DNA of 37,943 bases, taken from assembly GCA_031363505.1 (NCBI GenBank), contig JANLUN010000544.1, forward strand, positions 1 through 37,943. The letters run 5' to 3'. A program made the position numbers and the translations under genes. This document shows positions 16,842 to 25,957 of the stretch, in pieces (the first letter of the stretch is position 1; each line of letters begins with the position of its first letter). This DNA comes from Planctomycetota bacterium. GTDB lineage: Bacteria > Planctomycetota > UBA1135 > GCA-002686595. The notes beneath the pieces are model-generated. The model did no database searches, was not told where the DNA came from, and was given only the letters and a program-made list of their open reading frames with translations.

Positions 16842-17464
16842 CGTCGCTTGCGAGCGAGCTCGACGTCCGCCTTCACACTGCAACCGTCGATGTGGTCGTT
16901 GACGAGGCCCATCGCCTGCATGAACGCGTAGACCGTCGTCGGACCGACGAAGCTGAAGCCGCGCTTCTTCAAGTCCTTCGAGAGCGCCTTCGACTGCGGC
17001 GTGCTCGCGAGCTCGCGCAGCACGGCGTGCGTCAGGCGCTCCGGCCGCTCTTCCGACGACGGCTCGAACTGCCAGAAGTAGGCAGCGAGAGATCCGTGTT
17101 CGTCGACGAGCTCTCGCGCGCGCTGCGCATTATTAATGGTCGACTCGATCTTGCCGCGGTGACGGACGATGCCCGCGTCGCCGAGGAGCCTCGTCACATC
17201 CCGCGCTCGAAAGCGCGCCACTGCGTCGAAGTCGAAGCCGGCGAACGCGCGGCGGAAGTTCTCGCGCTTGCGCAGGATCGTCAGCCAGCTGAGTCCCGAC
17301 TGGAATCCCTCGAGGCAGATCTTCTCGAAGAGGCGCCGGTCGTCGGTGACGGGCCTCCCCCATTCGACGTCGTGGTAGGCGACGTAGTCCGGCGCCGACG
17401 CGCACCACGCGCAACGCAAATTGCGGTCGGTGCCGCGCACCAATCCCTTCGGATGAGAAGCCAC
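16805..17464 (-). CDS. tag: DNA-3-methyladenine glycosylase I
   Basis: CAWCASAPDYVAYHDVEWGRPVTDDRRLFEKICLEGFQSGLSWLTILRKRENFR...GLVNDH is collinear with E. coli Tag. Confidence 0.9.
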   Translation of the reverse strand: MASHPKGLVRGTDRNLRCAWCASAPDYVAYHDVEWGRPVTDDRRLFEKICLEGFQSGLSWLTILRKRENFRRAFAGFDFDAVARFRARDVTRLLGDAGIVRHRGKIESTINNAQRARELVDEHGSLAAYFWQFEPSSEERPERLTHAVLRELASTPQSKALSKDLKKRGFSFVGPTTVYAFMQAMGLVNDHIDGCSVKADVELARKRRHRSQSSARSRA

Positions 17465-17558
17465 TCGCGATGAACGTTAGGCGGCGCGCGACGGATCGAC
17501 AAGACCTTCACAACGCACGCCGCGCACACGCACCGGTCGACCCTATGATGTCGCGCCC

Positions 17559-18518
17559 ATGTCGCACGCGATCCGCTGCCGTTCACTCGTCAAGACCTAC
17601 GCGGGTAGACCGCCGGTCGAGGCCGTGCGCGGTCTCGATCTCGAGGTCCGCACGGGCGAGTGCTTCGGTCTGCTCGGTCCAAATGGAGCCGGCAAGACGA
17701 CGACGGTGGAGATCCTCGAGGGCATCCTCGCGCCGACTTCCGGAGACGTCGAAGTGCTCGGCCTGCGCTGGGAGCACGACGAACGCGCGCTGCGGCAGCG
17801 GATCGGCGTGTCGCTGCAAGAGACGCGCTTCACCGACAAGCTCACCGTGCGCGAGACGCTGCAGCTCTTCGGCTCGTTCTACGCGCGCGGCCGATCGGCG
17901 GACGAAGCGATGAACGACGTAGGCCTTTCGGAGAAGCGGTCGTCGTACGTCGTGAATCTTTCGGGCGGTCAGCGTCAGCGTCTCGCCGTCGCGTGCGCGC
18001 TCGTCGGCGATCCCGATCTCTTGTTTCTGGACGAGCCGACGACCGGTCTCGATCCCCAGTCGCGTCGGCAACTCTGGGACATCATCCGCGATCTGCGCGG
18101 GCGCGGCCGGACGATCGTCTTGACGACGCACTACATGGACGAAGCCGAGCGGCTCTGCGATCACGTCGCTGTCGTCGATCAAGGCAAGGTGATCGCACTC
18201 GGTTCGCCGGCGGAGCTCATCCGTTCGCTCGGTGGAGATCACGTGGTCGAGTTCGCGCTGGACGGCGCACGGAAGAACGAGCCGTCGGCGAAGTCCGAAG
18301 TCGACCTCGAGCCGCTGCTCGCGCTTCCATCGGTGCGCTCGGCGCGCGCGGAAGGGCCAGCCGTGCAACTCACGGTCGCCGAGCCGCACGTCGCGATTCC
18401 CGCGTTGATGGAACACCTCGAGCGCGGCTCGCGCGTCCTTTCGCAACTCTCCACGCGGCACGCGAGCCTCGAAGACGTCTTCGTTTCCCTCACGGGCCGC
18501 CACTTGCGCGATGAGTGA
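17559..18518 (+). CDS. ABC transporter ATP-binding protein (ABC-2/DrrA-like)
   Basis: Walker A GPNGAGKTT, signature LSGGQRQR and Walker B LLFLDEPTTGLD. Confidence 0.9.
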   Translation: MSHAIRCRSLVKTYAGRPPVEAVRGLDLEVRTGECFGLLGPNGAGKTTTVEILEGILAPTSGDVEVLGLRWEHDERALRQRIGVSLQETRFTDKLTVRETLQLFGSFYARGRSADEAMNDVGLSEKRSSYVVNLSGGQRQRLAVACALVGDPDLLFLDEPTTGLDPQSRRQLWDIIRDLRGRGRTIVLTTHYMDEAERLCDHVAVVDQGKVIALGSPAELIRSLGGDHVVEFALDGARKNEPSAKSEVDLEPLLALPSVRSARAEGPAVQLTVAEPHVAIPALMEHLERGSRVLSQLSTRHASLEDVFVSLTGRHLRDE

Positions 18519-19548
18519 GCGACGCAATCCGTTTCGCGAGCTCTTCCTCGCGCGTCTGCGCGAGTTCGTGCGCGAGCCAGGCGTGCTGTTCTGGGTATTC
18601 GGGTTTCCGATCCTTCTCGCGATCGGCCTCGGTCTCGCATTCCGCAACAAGGCGCCCGACGAGATCCACGTCGGTGTGCTCGATGCCGCGGGCGCGGACG
18701 AGGTGGTGCGCGCGCTCACGCCGGCGGACGGATTCCACGTCGAGCGCGTCCAGGCGTCGGACGCCGATCAAGTGCTTCGTCTCGGCAAGGTGTCGCTCAT
18801 CGTCGTGCCCGGACGCGAGTACGAATACCGCCTCGATCCAACGCGCCCCGACAGCTTGATGGCGGAGCTGCGCGTCAACGATGCGCTGCAACGCGCCGCG
18901 GGCCGCGCCGACCCCGTGGCCGTGCACACGACGCACGAGACGAAACCCGGTGCGCGCTACATCGACTTCCTCATCCCCGGCCTCCTCGGGATGAACATCA
19001 TGAGCGGCGGCATGTGGGGCATCGGTTTCGTGCTCGTCGACATGCGCTCGCGCAAGCTGCTCAAGCGTCTCGTCGCCACGCCGATGCGACGCACTCATTT
19101 CCTAGGCGCGATGATGGCGAGCCGCATGGTGATGGTGATCGTGGAGATGTTCCTGCTGTTGCTCTTCGGCTGGCTCGTGTTCGACGTGTCGTTGCAGGGA
19201 CCGATGTGGCACCTGGCCTTGCTGTCCGTCATCGGCGCGTGCTCGTTCGCGAGCCTTGGACTGCTCGTCGCGAGCCGCACGCCCAAGACCGAGACCGTCT
19301 CGGGTCTGATGAATCTCGTCATGCTCCCGATGTTTGTGTTCTCCGGTATCTTCTTCTCGTCGGACCGATTCCCCGACGCGATCCAGCCGGTCGTGAAGGC
19401 GCTGCCGCTCACTGCACTCAACGACGGACTGCGCGCGGTGATCCTCGAGGGCGCCGACCTGCCGTCACAACTCCCGCGCATCGCGATCTTGATCGCGTGG
19501 GGCGCGGTGTCGTTCGTCGTCGCGCTGCGCGTGTTTCGGTGGAGTTAA
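18511..19548 (+). CDS. ABC-2 type transporter permease
   Basis: 345 aa. One N-terminal TM, a large loop, then a multi-TM ABC-2 core (IDFLIPGLLGMNIM...). Its ATG overlaps the ATPase stop by 8 nt (ATGAGTGA). Confidence 0.85.
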   Translation: MSERRNPFRELFLARLREFVREPGVLFWVFGFPILLAIGLGLAFRNKAPDEIHVGVLDAAGADEVVRALTPADGFHVERVQASDADQVLRLGKVSLIVVPGREYEYRLDPTRPDSLMAELRVNDALQRAAGRADPVAVHTTHETKPGARYIDFLIPGLLGMNIMSGGMWGIGFVLVDMRSRKLLKRLVATPMRRTHFLGAMMASRMVMVIVEMFLLLLFGWLVFDVSLQGPMWHLALLSVIGACSFASLGLLVASRTPKTETVSGLMNLVMLPMFVFSGIFFSSDRFPDAIQPVVKALPLTALNDGLRAVILEGADLPSQLPRIAILIAWGAVSFVVALRVFRWS

Positions 19549-19564
19549 TCGAGCGTACGCAGCG

Positions 19565-20668
19565 TCACTTCTTACGCACGTCCTCGAGCCCCGCCGCCGG
19601 TGACTTGTATCGACCCGTGCGAATCTGCCGCACAGTTTCGACGAGACTGCGCGCCGCGTTGACGACTTCCTTCTGGATCGCCTTGTCCGCGTCGAGATCG
19701 TCGTGACTCGTTGCGTACGGCCGGTAGTAGCCGACGTATCGACCGATCGCTGCGCTCGGCCCCGCTTGGATGAGCTCCATGTCCGTCAGCCAATCACACA
19801 AGATTCGCCGCAGATTCTCGACACCTGCGGCATCGCCGTGCACGACCACGGAGAACGCGCGGCCGGCGAGGTGCTTCGGATAATCCCAGCCGGCGAGCTC
19901 GAGCGCCTTCGCGCGCACGGGATCTTTGCCGCCGGTCGACGTCGGATCGGGATTGCCGCCGTCGGCGCAGACCATGCGGTCGATCATGGACTTGAGCGGC
20001 GACGGCGCCTGATACCAGTTGACCGGCGCGACGATCATCACGCCGTGCGCGGCCGACCAGCGCGGATAGATCTCGTTCATCCAGTCGTTCACTTGGCCGA
20101 GCGCGTGATTCGGATAGCACGAGCACGGCCAGTTGCAGAGGGGCATCGCGGTCGACACGCATGCCTTGCACGGCAGGATGACGCGGTGTGCTTCCGCGGA
20201 AACGCGCGACAGGTCGAGGAAGTCGACCTCACATCGCGCGCCCTTCTCGATCGTCTTCTGCGCGATCTTCGCGAGCCGGTACGTCTTCGACATCTCGCCC
20301 GGGCACGTCTGATCGCTGCGCGCCGAACCGTTGACGATCAAGAATCGATGTGGCGAGCGCGGGCTCCGCTGCCGCCGTTCCGCCGCGTGGATCGCCTTGC
20401 GCGTCGCGCTCCATTCGATCGGCAGGTCGAAGGACGGATCAGCGAAACTGCGACCGGCCTTCTTGGTGCGCGGACTCTTGTGGTACTCGGTGTAGTTCGT
20501 CCACGCGATCTCGGCGACCTTATCGATCTCCTTCGACACCACTTCGAACGTCGGGTCGTAGAAACGTTCGAGGAAGCGTCGTTTGAACTCCGTCTTCGAG
20601 AGCGCGGCGCTCTCCATGCCGGTCACCACGCGCGGCCTGACACGCTTTCTGGACGGAGATTTCGACAT
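19565..20668 (-). CDS. Flavodoxin-like / NADPH-dependent FMN reductase family oxidoreductase with a Cys cluster
   Basis: The core FLIVNGSARSD...GVMIVAPVNWYQAPSPLKSMIDRM is typical of the FMN-reductase fold. It has a Cys-rich stretch LPCKACVSTAMPLCNWPCSC and an N-terminal extension of about 105 aa. Confidence 0.75.
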   Translation of the reverse strand: MSKSPSRKRVRPRVVTGMESAALSKTEFKRRFLERFYDPTFEVVSKEIDKVAEIAWTNYTEYHKSPRTKKAGRSFADPSFDLPIEWSATRKAIHAAERRQRSPRSPHRFLIVNGSARSDQTCPGEMSKTYRLAKIAQKTIEKGARCEVDFLDLSRVSAEAHRVILPCKACVSTAMPLCNWPCSCYPNHALGQVNDWMNEIYPRWSAAHGVMIVAPVNWYQAPSPLKSMIDRMVCADGGNPDPTSTGGKDPVRAKALELAGWDYPKHLAGRAFSVVVHGDAAGVENLRRILCDWLTDMELIQAGPSAAIGRYVGYYRPYATSHDDLDADKAIQKEVVNAARSLVETVRQIRTGRYKSPAAGLEDVRKK

Positions 20669-20732
20669 CGCTCGCTCCTTTTGGGCCGCACGTCACGCGC
20701 GACGTCGCCATTGTGCACCGTAGAATGCGCGC

Positions 20733-21842
20733 ATGAGAATCCTTGTCTTGCTCACGATGCTCGCGAGCTGCGCGGCGCCGGCGGCCACGCATTCCATCGT
20801 CCAAGTCCCGAACGCGCCCGAGGAGATCGGCTCGCTACGCAACGCACGCGTGGCGATCGAGCGCGGTCCCATTGCGCCGACGTTGACCTATTTCGCGGAG
20901 GAGCTCACTCCCGCGCAGCACGAAGAGCTCGCGCGTCTCGCCCCACGGATCCAGGTAGTCACCGGCCTGACGCGCGAAGCGGCGCTGGCGCGCGCAGGCG
21001 AGGCTTACGGCATCGACGGTCGCTACGCGACGCCCGACTTCGTGCGCGCGGCGCACCAGCTCGCCTGGGTGCAGGCGCAGAGCGCGGGCGTCGAGAGGTA
21101 TCTCGCGGTGCCCGAGATCGCATCGAACGACGGAATCGTCCTCACGAACTTGCGCGCCGTCCACGGACCGACGATCGCCGATCACGCGTTCGCGATGCTG
21201 CTCGCGCTGACGCGTGATCTGCCCGTGCACCTCGCCGGCAAGAGCGAGGGCCGTTGGATTCGCGAAGGCTCCGACACGCTCGAACCGATCGCACTGCAAG
21301 GCCGCACGCTGCTCGTCGTCGGACTCGGCGGCATCGGCAGCGAGATCGCGCGCCGCGGCGAGGGCTTCGGCATGCGCGTGATCGCGACGCGCCGCAGCGA
21401 TGATCCCGCGCCGAGCTTCGTGGAGCGCGTCGGCAAGCCGACCGACTTGCTCGCGATGCTGCCGGAAGCCGACGTGGTCGCGATCTGCGTCCCGCTGACA
21501 CCGGAGACCGAACACCTCTTCGATCGCGCCGCGTTCGCCGCGATGAAGCGCCGCAGCTACATCGTCAACATCGCGCGCGGGCAAGTGATCGAGACGGACG
21601 CACTCGTCGACGCGTTGAAGTCGGGTCACCTCGCCGGCGCGTGCCTCGATGTCACGGATCCTGAGCCGCTGCCGGCGGAGCATCCGCTGTGGGACTTTCC
21701 GAACGTGATCATCACGCCGCACGTGTCCTCGCGCGCTGAGTTGACCGAGGAGCGCGGCTGGGCGCTCTTTCGCGAGAACCTGCGGCGCTTCGATGCGGGT
21801 GAGCCCTTGTTGAACGTCGTCGACAAGACCGCGGGATACTGA
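20733..21842 (+). CDS. D-isomer-specific 2-hydroxyacid dehydrogenase family protein with a lipoprotein-type N-terminus
   Basis: NAD-binding GLGGIGSEIARR, with RG..ID/E and H motifs (NIARGQVIETDAL...DVTDPEP...ITPHVS). The N-terminus MRILVLLTMLASCAAP carries a lipobox. Confidence 0.85.
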   Translation: MRILVLLTMLASCAAPAATHSIVQVPNAPEEIGSLRNARVAIERGPIAPTLTYFAEELTPAQHEELARLAPRIQVVTGLTREAALARAGEAYGIDGRYATPDFVRAAHQLAWVQAQSAGVERYLAVPEIASNDGIVLTNLRAVHGPTIADHAFAMLLALTRDLPVHLAGKSEGRWIREGSDTLEPIALQGRTLLVVGLGGIGSEIARRGEGFGMRVIATRRSDDPAPSFVERVGKPTDLLAMLPEADVVAICVPLTPETEHLFDRAAFAAMKRRSYIVNIARGQVIETDALVDALKSGHLAGACLDVTDPEPLPAEHPLWDFPNVIITPHVSSRAELTEERGWALFRENLRRFDAGEPLLNVVDKTAGY

Positions 21843-21846
21843 CGTC

Positions 21847-22614
21847 ATGGAACTCGCGGTCGAGACGCACGAGCTGCGCAAGCACTTCGGTCCGCTCGCC
21901 GCGGTCGATGGCGTCGCCCTCGCCGTTCCGAGCGGCAGCTTCTACGGATTCCTCGGACCCAACGGCGCGGGCAAGTCGACGACGATCAAGTGTCTCACCG
22001 GGCTTCTGCGTCCGAGCGGCGGCACGATGCGGATCCTCGGCATCGATCCGATCGCCGATCCCATTGCGGTCAAGCGCCAAGTTGGTGTCGTGCCGGAAGA
22101 CCTCGCACTGTTCGACCGATTGACCGGCGCCGAGACGTTGACGTTCGTCGGCCAGGTGTACGGCCTCGACAAGACTGCGATGCGCGCGCGCTCGATCGAG
22201 CTGCTCGAGCTGATGGACCTCGCGCCCGCCGCGCGCGATCTCGTCGCGGACTACTCTCATGGAATGCGCAAGAAGCTCGCGCTCGCCGTCGCGCTCCTGC
22301 CCGCACCGCGCCTCTTGTTCCTCGACGAGCCGTTCGAGGGCATCGACGCGATCGCGTCGCGGCAGATCAAGGACCTCCTCGCCGCGTTCGTGAAGAACGG
22401 CGGCACGATCTTCCTGACGTCGCACATCCTGGAGATCGTCGATCGACTGTGCGACCACCTCGGCGTGATCCACAAGGGCAAGCTCGTCGCGCAAGCGCCG
22501 CTCGCGGAGTTGCGCGCCGGTGTCGGTGTCGGAAAGACCGTCGAAGAGATCTTCCTCGACGTCGTGGGCGCGGAGAAACAAGTCGCGCCGACCTTCGAGT
22601 GGCTCCGACGTTGA
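21847..22614 (+). CDS. ABC transporter ATP-binding protein
   Basis: Walker A GPNGAGKST, signature YSHGMRKKL (degenerate) and Walker B LLFLDEPFEGID. It starts 4 nt after the dehydrogenase stop. Confidence 0.9.
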   Translation: MELAVETHELRKHFGPLAAVDGVALAVPSGSFYGFLGPNGAGKSTTIKCLTGLLRPSGGTMRILGIDPIADPIAVKRQVGVVPEDLALFDRLTGAETLTFVGQVYGLDKTAMRARSIELLELMDLAPAARDLVADYSHGMRKKLALAVALLPAPRLLFLDEPFEGIDAIASRQIKDLLAAFVKNGGTIFLTSHILEIVDRLCDHLGVIHKGKLVAQAPLAELRAGVGVGKTVEEIFLDVVGAEKQVAPTFEWLRR

Positions 22615-24302
22615 TCCGTTTCCTGCGCGCGTTCGCTTGGCTGCGCTGGAGGCTCGTCGTAAATGCGCTGCGCGGCGGCCGTCGACGCGACGCGATGGAG
22701 AGCTTTTCGCGCATCTCCGCGCTCGGCATACCGCTGTTGCTGGCGTGTCTGATCGGCGGCATCGCCGTCGTTCTCGGCGCCCTCGGCTACTTCGGCGGGG
22801 CCGAAATGGGGAGCGGTTCCGTGCGCGCGATCCGCGTCATGGCTGTACCGCGAGTGCTGCTGTTCTTGTTGATGCTGTGCATGGTCGTGATTCCGACGAG
22901 ACGGATGTCCGTCGCCGGACACGCACGTTTTCTGTTGTTGCCGATCCCGCGCCGAGCGCTTCACCTGCTCGAGCTGCTGACGAGCATCGCTGGACCGTGG
23001 ATCGCCGTGCTCTTGCCTGGGTTCGCGCTGATCGCGACGGGACTCCTCGTGTCGAGCCGCGCGGGCGTAGCGGTCGTCGCGTTCGCCGCCGCACTCGCGC
23101 TCGTCGCGTTCTTGGCTTCGCTCAACACCGCGGTGGCGTCGCTCACGAACTGGATCTTGCGCAATCGCCGCCGGAGCGAGATCACCGCGCTGCTGGGCGT
23201 GCTCCTGTTCACACTCGCCGCGGTTGCGCCGAACTTGGCGTCGAAGGCATTCGGCAAGCGGCTTCGTGTCGGAGTGGATTCCGGACAGCTCGTCGAGGGG
23301 TTCGATCGCGATCTCCCCGAATGGAGTCGCGCGCTTCCGTCGGAGCTTTACGGCCGCTCGATCGAGCATGCGGTCGAAGGCCGAGACATGACGGCCTGGT
23401 TCAGCGTCGCGCTGCTCGCCCTCGAGGCCCTCGCTCTCTACTCGCTGTCGTCGCTCCTCCACACGAAGCTCCTCGAGTCTTCCGAGAGCAGCCGCGGGCG
23501 CAGCTCCTCGGTTCCGATTCGAACGAGCGCGTTTCGGATCCCCGGCCTCACGAACGCCGTGTCGGCGATCGCGATCGTGCAAGCGCGCACGTCTCTACGG
23601 TCGGTCCGCGGTCGGATCGCCATCATGCTTCCGGCCGCGGTCGTCGCAGTCCTCGCGCTCGCCGCGCGCTACGCGCCCAACGAGCTGCCTGCGGGCGGAT
23701 ACTTGAGTGCTCACGGCCCGCTGCTTCTCGGCTGCGGCATCATGTTCAGCCTGTTCGCGTTCTTGGCGTTCACGATGAATCAGTTCGCGACGGATCGCGC
23801 GGGTGTCGCGCGATGGATGCTCGCTCCGGTCTCCGAGATCGAGCTCGTGCACGGCAAGGCCGTGGGGTGCGCTCTGGTCCTCTCCATCCCGGTTCTGCTG
23901 TCGTTCATCGTGGCGCTGAGCATGTCCCCCGGCGGAACGTGGATCGCGTGGATCTCCGTGCTCGTGGGCGGAGTCGCGACGTACCTACTGATGAGTCCAG
24001 TCGCCGTGCTGATGTCGGCGTTGTTCCCCGTCGCAGCGGACTTGAGCAAGACCGGCAACGGTGGGAACCCTCACGGACTCGCGATGTTCACCGGGATGGC
24101 GCTCGTGGGCACGCTCTCGAGCATTCCGACCGCGATCCTCGTGATCGTCGACCATCGGATGCAGCGGCCGGTCTTGGCGCTGGCGCTCGTCGTCGCATGG
24201 GCCGCGATCGCCTTCGTCGTCGCCTTGCCGGCGCTCAAGATGGCCGCGGGCGCGGTTGCTTCCCGGCGCGAGAGCCTCGTGCTCGCCGCGCGCGAGCGGT
24301 GA
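22599..24302 (+). CDS. Large polytopic membrane protein, putative ABC-exporter membrane subunit
   Basis: It is the same frame as the 770-aa track ORF, but only the part after the ATPase looks coding. Candidate starts are GTG 22599 and TTG 22611 (TTGA overlap with the ATPase stop). It begins LRAFAWLRWRLVVNALRGG and has at least 10 hydrophobic segments. Confidence 0.75.
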   Translation: MAPTLIRFLRAFAWLRWRLVVNALRGGRRRDAMESFSRISALGIPLLLACLIGGIAVVLGALGYFGGAEMGSGSVRAIRVMAVPRVLLFLLMLCMVVIPTRRMSVAGHARFLLLPIPRRALHLLELLTSIAGPWIAVLLPGFALIATGLLVSSRAGVAVVAFAAALALVAFLASLNTAVASLTNWILRNRRRSEITALLGVLLFTLAAVAPNLASKAFGKRLRVGVDSGQLVEGFDRDLPEWSRALPSELYGRSIEHAVEGRDMTAWFSVALLALEALALYSLSSLLHTKLLESSESSRGRSSSVPIRTSAFRIPGLTNAVSAIAIVQARTSLRSVRGRIAIMLPAAVVAVLALAARYAPNELPAGGYLSAHGPLLLGCGIMFSLFAFLAFTMNQFATDRAGVARWMLAPVSEIELVHGKAVGCALVLSIPVLLSFIVALSMSPGGTWIAWISVLVGGVATYLLMSPVAVLMSALFPVAADLSKTGNGGNPHGLAMFTGMALVGTLSSIPTAILVIVDHRMQRPVLALALVVAWAAIAFVVALPALKMAAGAVASRRESLVLAARER

Positions 24303-24390
24303 GCAGTCGCGTACGACGAAACCGCAACGCTGGTTGAGCACGGAGTCGGGGTATCCTCCGCCCCCGCTTCGTTAAGGAAGGATCCGTCCC

Positions 24391-25230
24391 ATGCAGCTCT
24401 TCCCGCTTCTATTGACCCTCGCGTTCGTACTCCCGCAATCGACGAGGGAGCGCGCGCCGACGCCGGAGCCGACGGCGACGAAAGATCCCGCGCTCGAACG
24501 GCTCGAGAAGTCGCCGCGCCACCACGAGTGGGTCGACATCCAGGGCCAGGAGCGCAAGGTGCACTGCTTCGTCGCGTACCCAGAGTTGAAGCAGAAGGTG
24601 CCGGCTGTGCTCGTGATCCACGAGAACCGCGGTCTCAACGACTGGGCGCGCGCGATCGCGGACGACCTCGCGGCGGCGGGCTATGTCGCGATCGCACCGG
24701 ATCTCCTGTCGGGCAAAGGCCCCGATGGCGGGCACACGCCGACGTTCCAGACTTCCGATGCGGCGCGCGAGGCGATCTACACGCTCGATGCGGACGCGGT
24801 CGGTGTAGAGCTCAACGCGATCGCCGATCACGTCGCCAAGCTCGCAGCGTGCGACGGAACCGTCAGCGTCGCCGGCTTCTGCTGGGGCGGTTCGAAGTCG
24901 TTCGACTTCGCGACACGACGCAAAGGATTGAAGGCGGCGTTCGTGTTCTACGGCAGCGCAACGGAGGACGCAGCCGCGCTCGCGAAAATCGAGTGCCCGG
25001 TGTACGGCTTCTACGGTGAGAGCGACGCGCGGATCACCGAAGGCGTTTCCGCAACAGCGCAAGCGATGAAGGAAGCCGGCAAGACGTTCGAGCCGGAGAT
25101 CTACGCCGGAGCAGGACACGGATTCATGCGCAGTGGCGAGGCGGCCGATGCGTCGGATGCGAACAAAAAGGCGCGCGCGGATGCGTGGGCGCGTTGGAAG
25201 AAGCTCTTGGCGGGTTCGAGCGCGAAGTAG
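24391..25230 (+). CDS. Dienelactone hydrolase family protein, secreted
   Basis: Signal peptide MQLFPLLLTLAFVLP. Other motifs are VLVIHENRGLNDW..IAPDL, nucleophile elbow GFCWGG and C-terminal GAGHGF. AAGGAAGGA sits upstream of the ATG. Confidence 0.9.
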   Translation: MQLFPLLLTLAFVLPQSTRERAPTPEPTATKDPALERLEKSPRHHEWVDIQGQERKVHCFVAYPELKQKVPAVLVIHENRGLNDWARAIADDLAAAGYVAIAPDLLSGKGPDGGHTPTFQTSDAAREAIYTLDADAVGVELNAIADHVAKLAACDGTVSVAGFCWGGSKSFDFATRRKGLKAAFVFYGSATEDAAALAKIECPVYGFYGESDARITEGVSATAQAMKEAGKTFEPEIYAGAGHGFMRSGEAADASDANKKARADAWARWKKLLAGSSAK

Positions 25231-25242
25231 CGCGCGACGGCG

Positions 25243-25719
25243 TCACTCGCCCTGGAACTTGTCGTGCCCGCTCTTCTTGAGCGCGCCGAGCTGCGTCTTC
25301 ATCAGGTCTTGCGCCGCTTCGTACTTCCCGTCGAGGATCGCGATCTCCATGTCGCACGCGACCTTGAGCACTTCGACGAGCGTCTTGCGGTACTCGGTCA
25401 TGAACGCGGGGCGCGCGTCGGCCGCAACAGCGGCCGCGGTGTCGGGCGTCATCGCCTTCGCCGCGATCACCGCGCTTTGGAGCTTGGCGATTTGCGCCAG
25501 CGATTCGTCGCGATTGTCGTCCGTGATCCCTCGACCGAGCGCTTTTCCGACGCCGTTGATCTGACGCATCGCCTGCTCGAGCTCGTCGTTCGCAGCGGAG
25601 GCCACGGTCGAAGCCGCGTCCGCATTGCGCGTGGTCATCCAGAACGCCGATGCGACGAAGACGGCGCACAGCAAGAACAGCGGAAGGACGGAACGAGCGA
25701 TCGGACGGACGAAGCTCAT
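25243..25719 (-). CDS. Cytochrome b562-family four-helix-bundle protein, exported
   Basis: Only the last 158 codons of the 521-aa track ORF look real. The ATG is at 25719, with AGGAG about 10 nt upstream (spacer tcctccgtctc). There is a signal/TM N-terminus. NDELEQAMRQING and DGKYEAAQDLMKTQLGALKKSGHDKF are collinear with E. coli b562 ([38 protein letters not shown]). Confidence 0.7.
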   Translation of the reverse strand: MSFVRPIARSVLPLFLLCAVFVASAFWMTTRNADAASTVASAANDELEQAMRQINGVGKALGRGITDDNRDESLAQIAKLQSAVIAAKAMTPDTAAAVAADARPAFMTEYRKTLVEVLKVACDMEIAILDGKYEAAQDLMKTQLGALKKSGHDKFQGE

Positions 25720-25957
25720 GAGACGGAGGACTCCTGGTGTTGGGCTGACGCGCGACGCGCAGCCGAGTTCGAAGCCGGCACGCGCCGGGTGTAGGAAGGA
25801 TACTCGCTGCGCACTCTTCGTGGCAGCTGCGGCACGGGGCACAAGGGCACGACGCGCGGCGGTCGAAGCGTAATTCTGACGGTGGTCGTCTGCCGAACCG
25901 CTCGGACGGTCCGTCGGAGTGTCCAGTCGACGGCCGCATCCGTACGCTACCGCCACC

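Noticed and set aside
21990-22598. N-terminal 200 aa of the 770-aa track ORF
   Set aside because: This part is out of frame with, and fully overlaps, the ABC ATPase gene, which has Walker motifs, and it is Arg-rich. Hydrophobic membrane-protein character begins only after about 22599.
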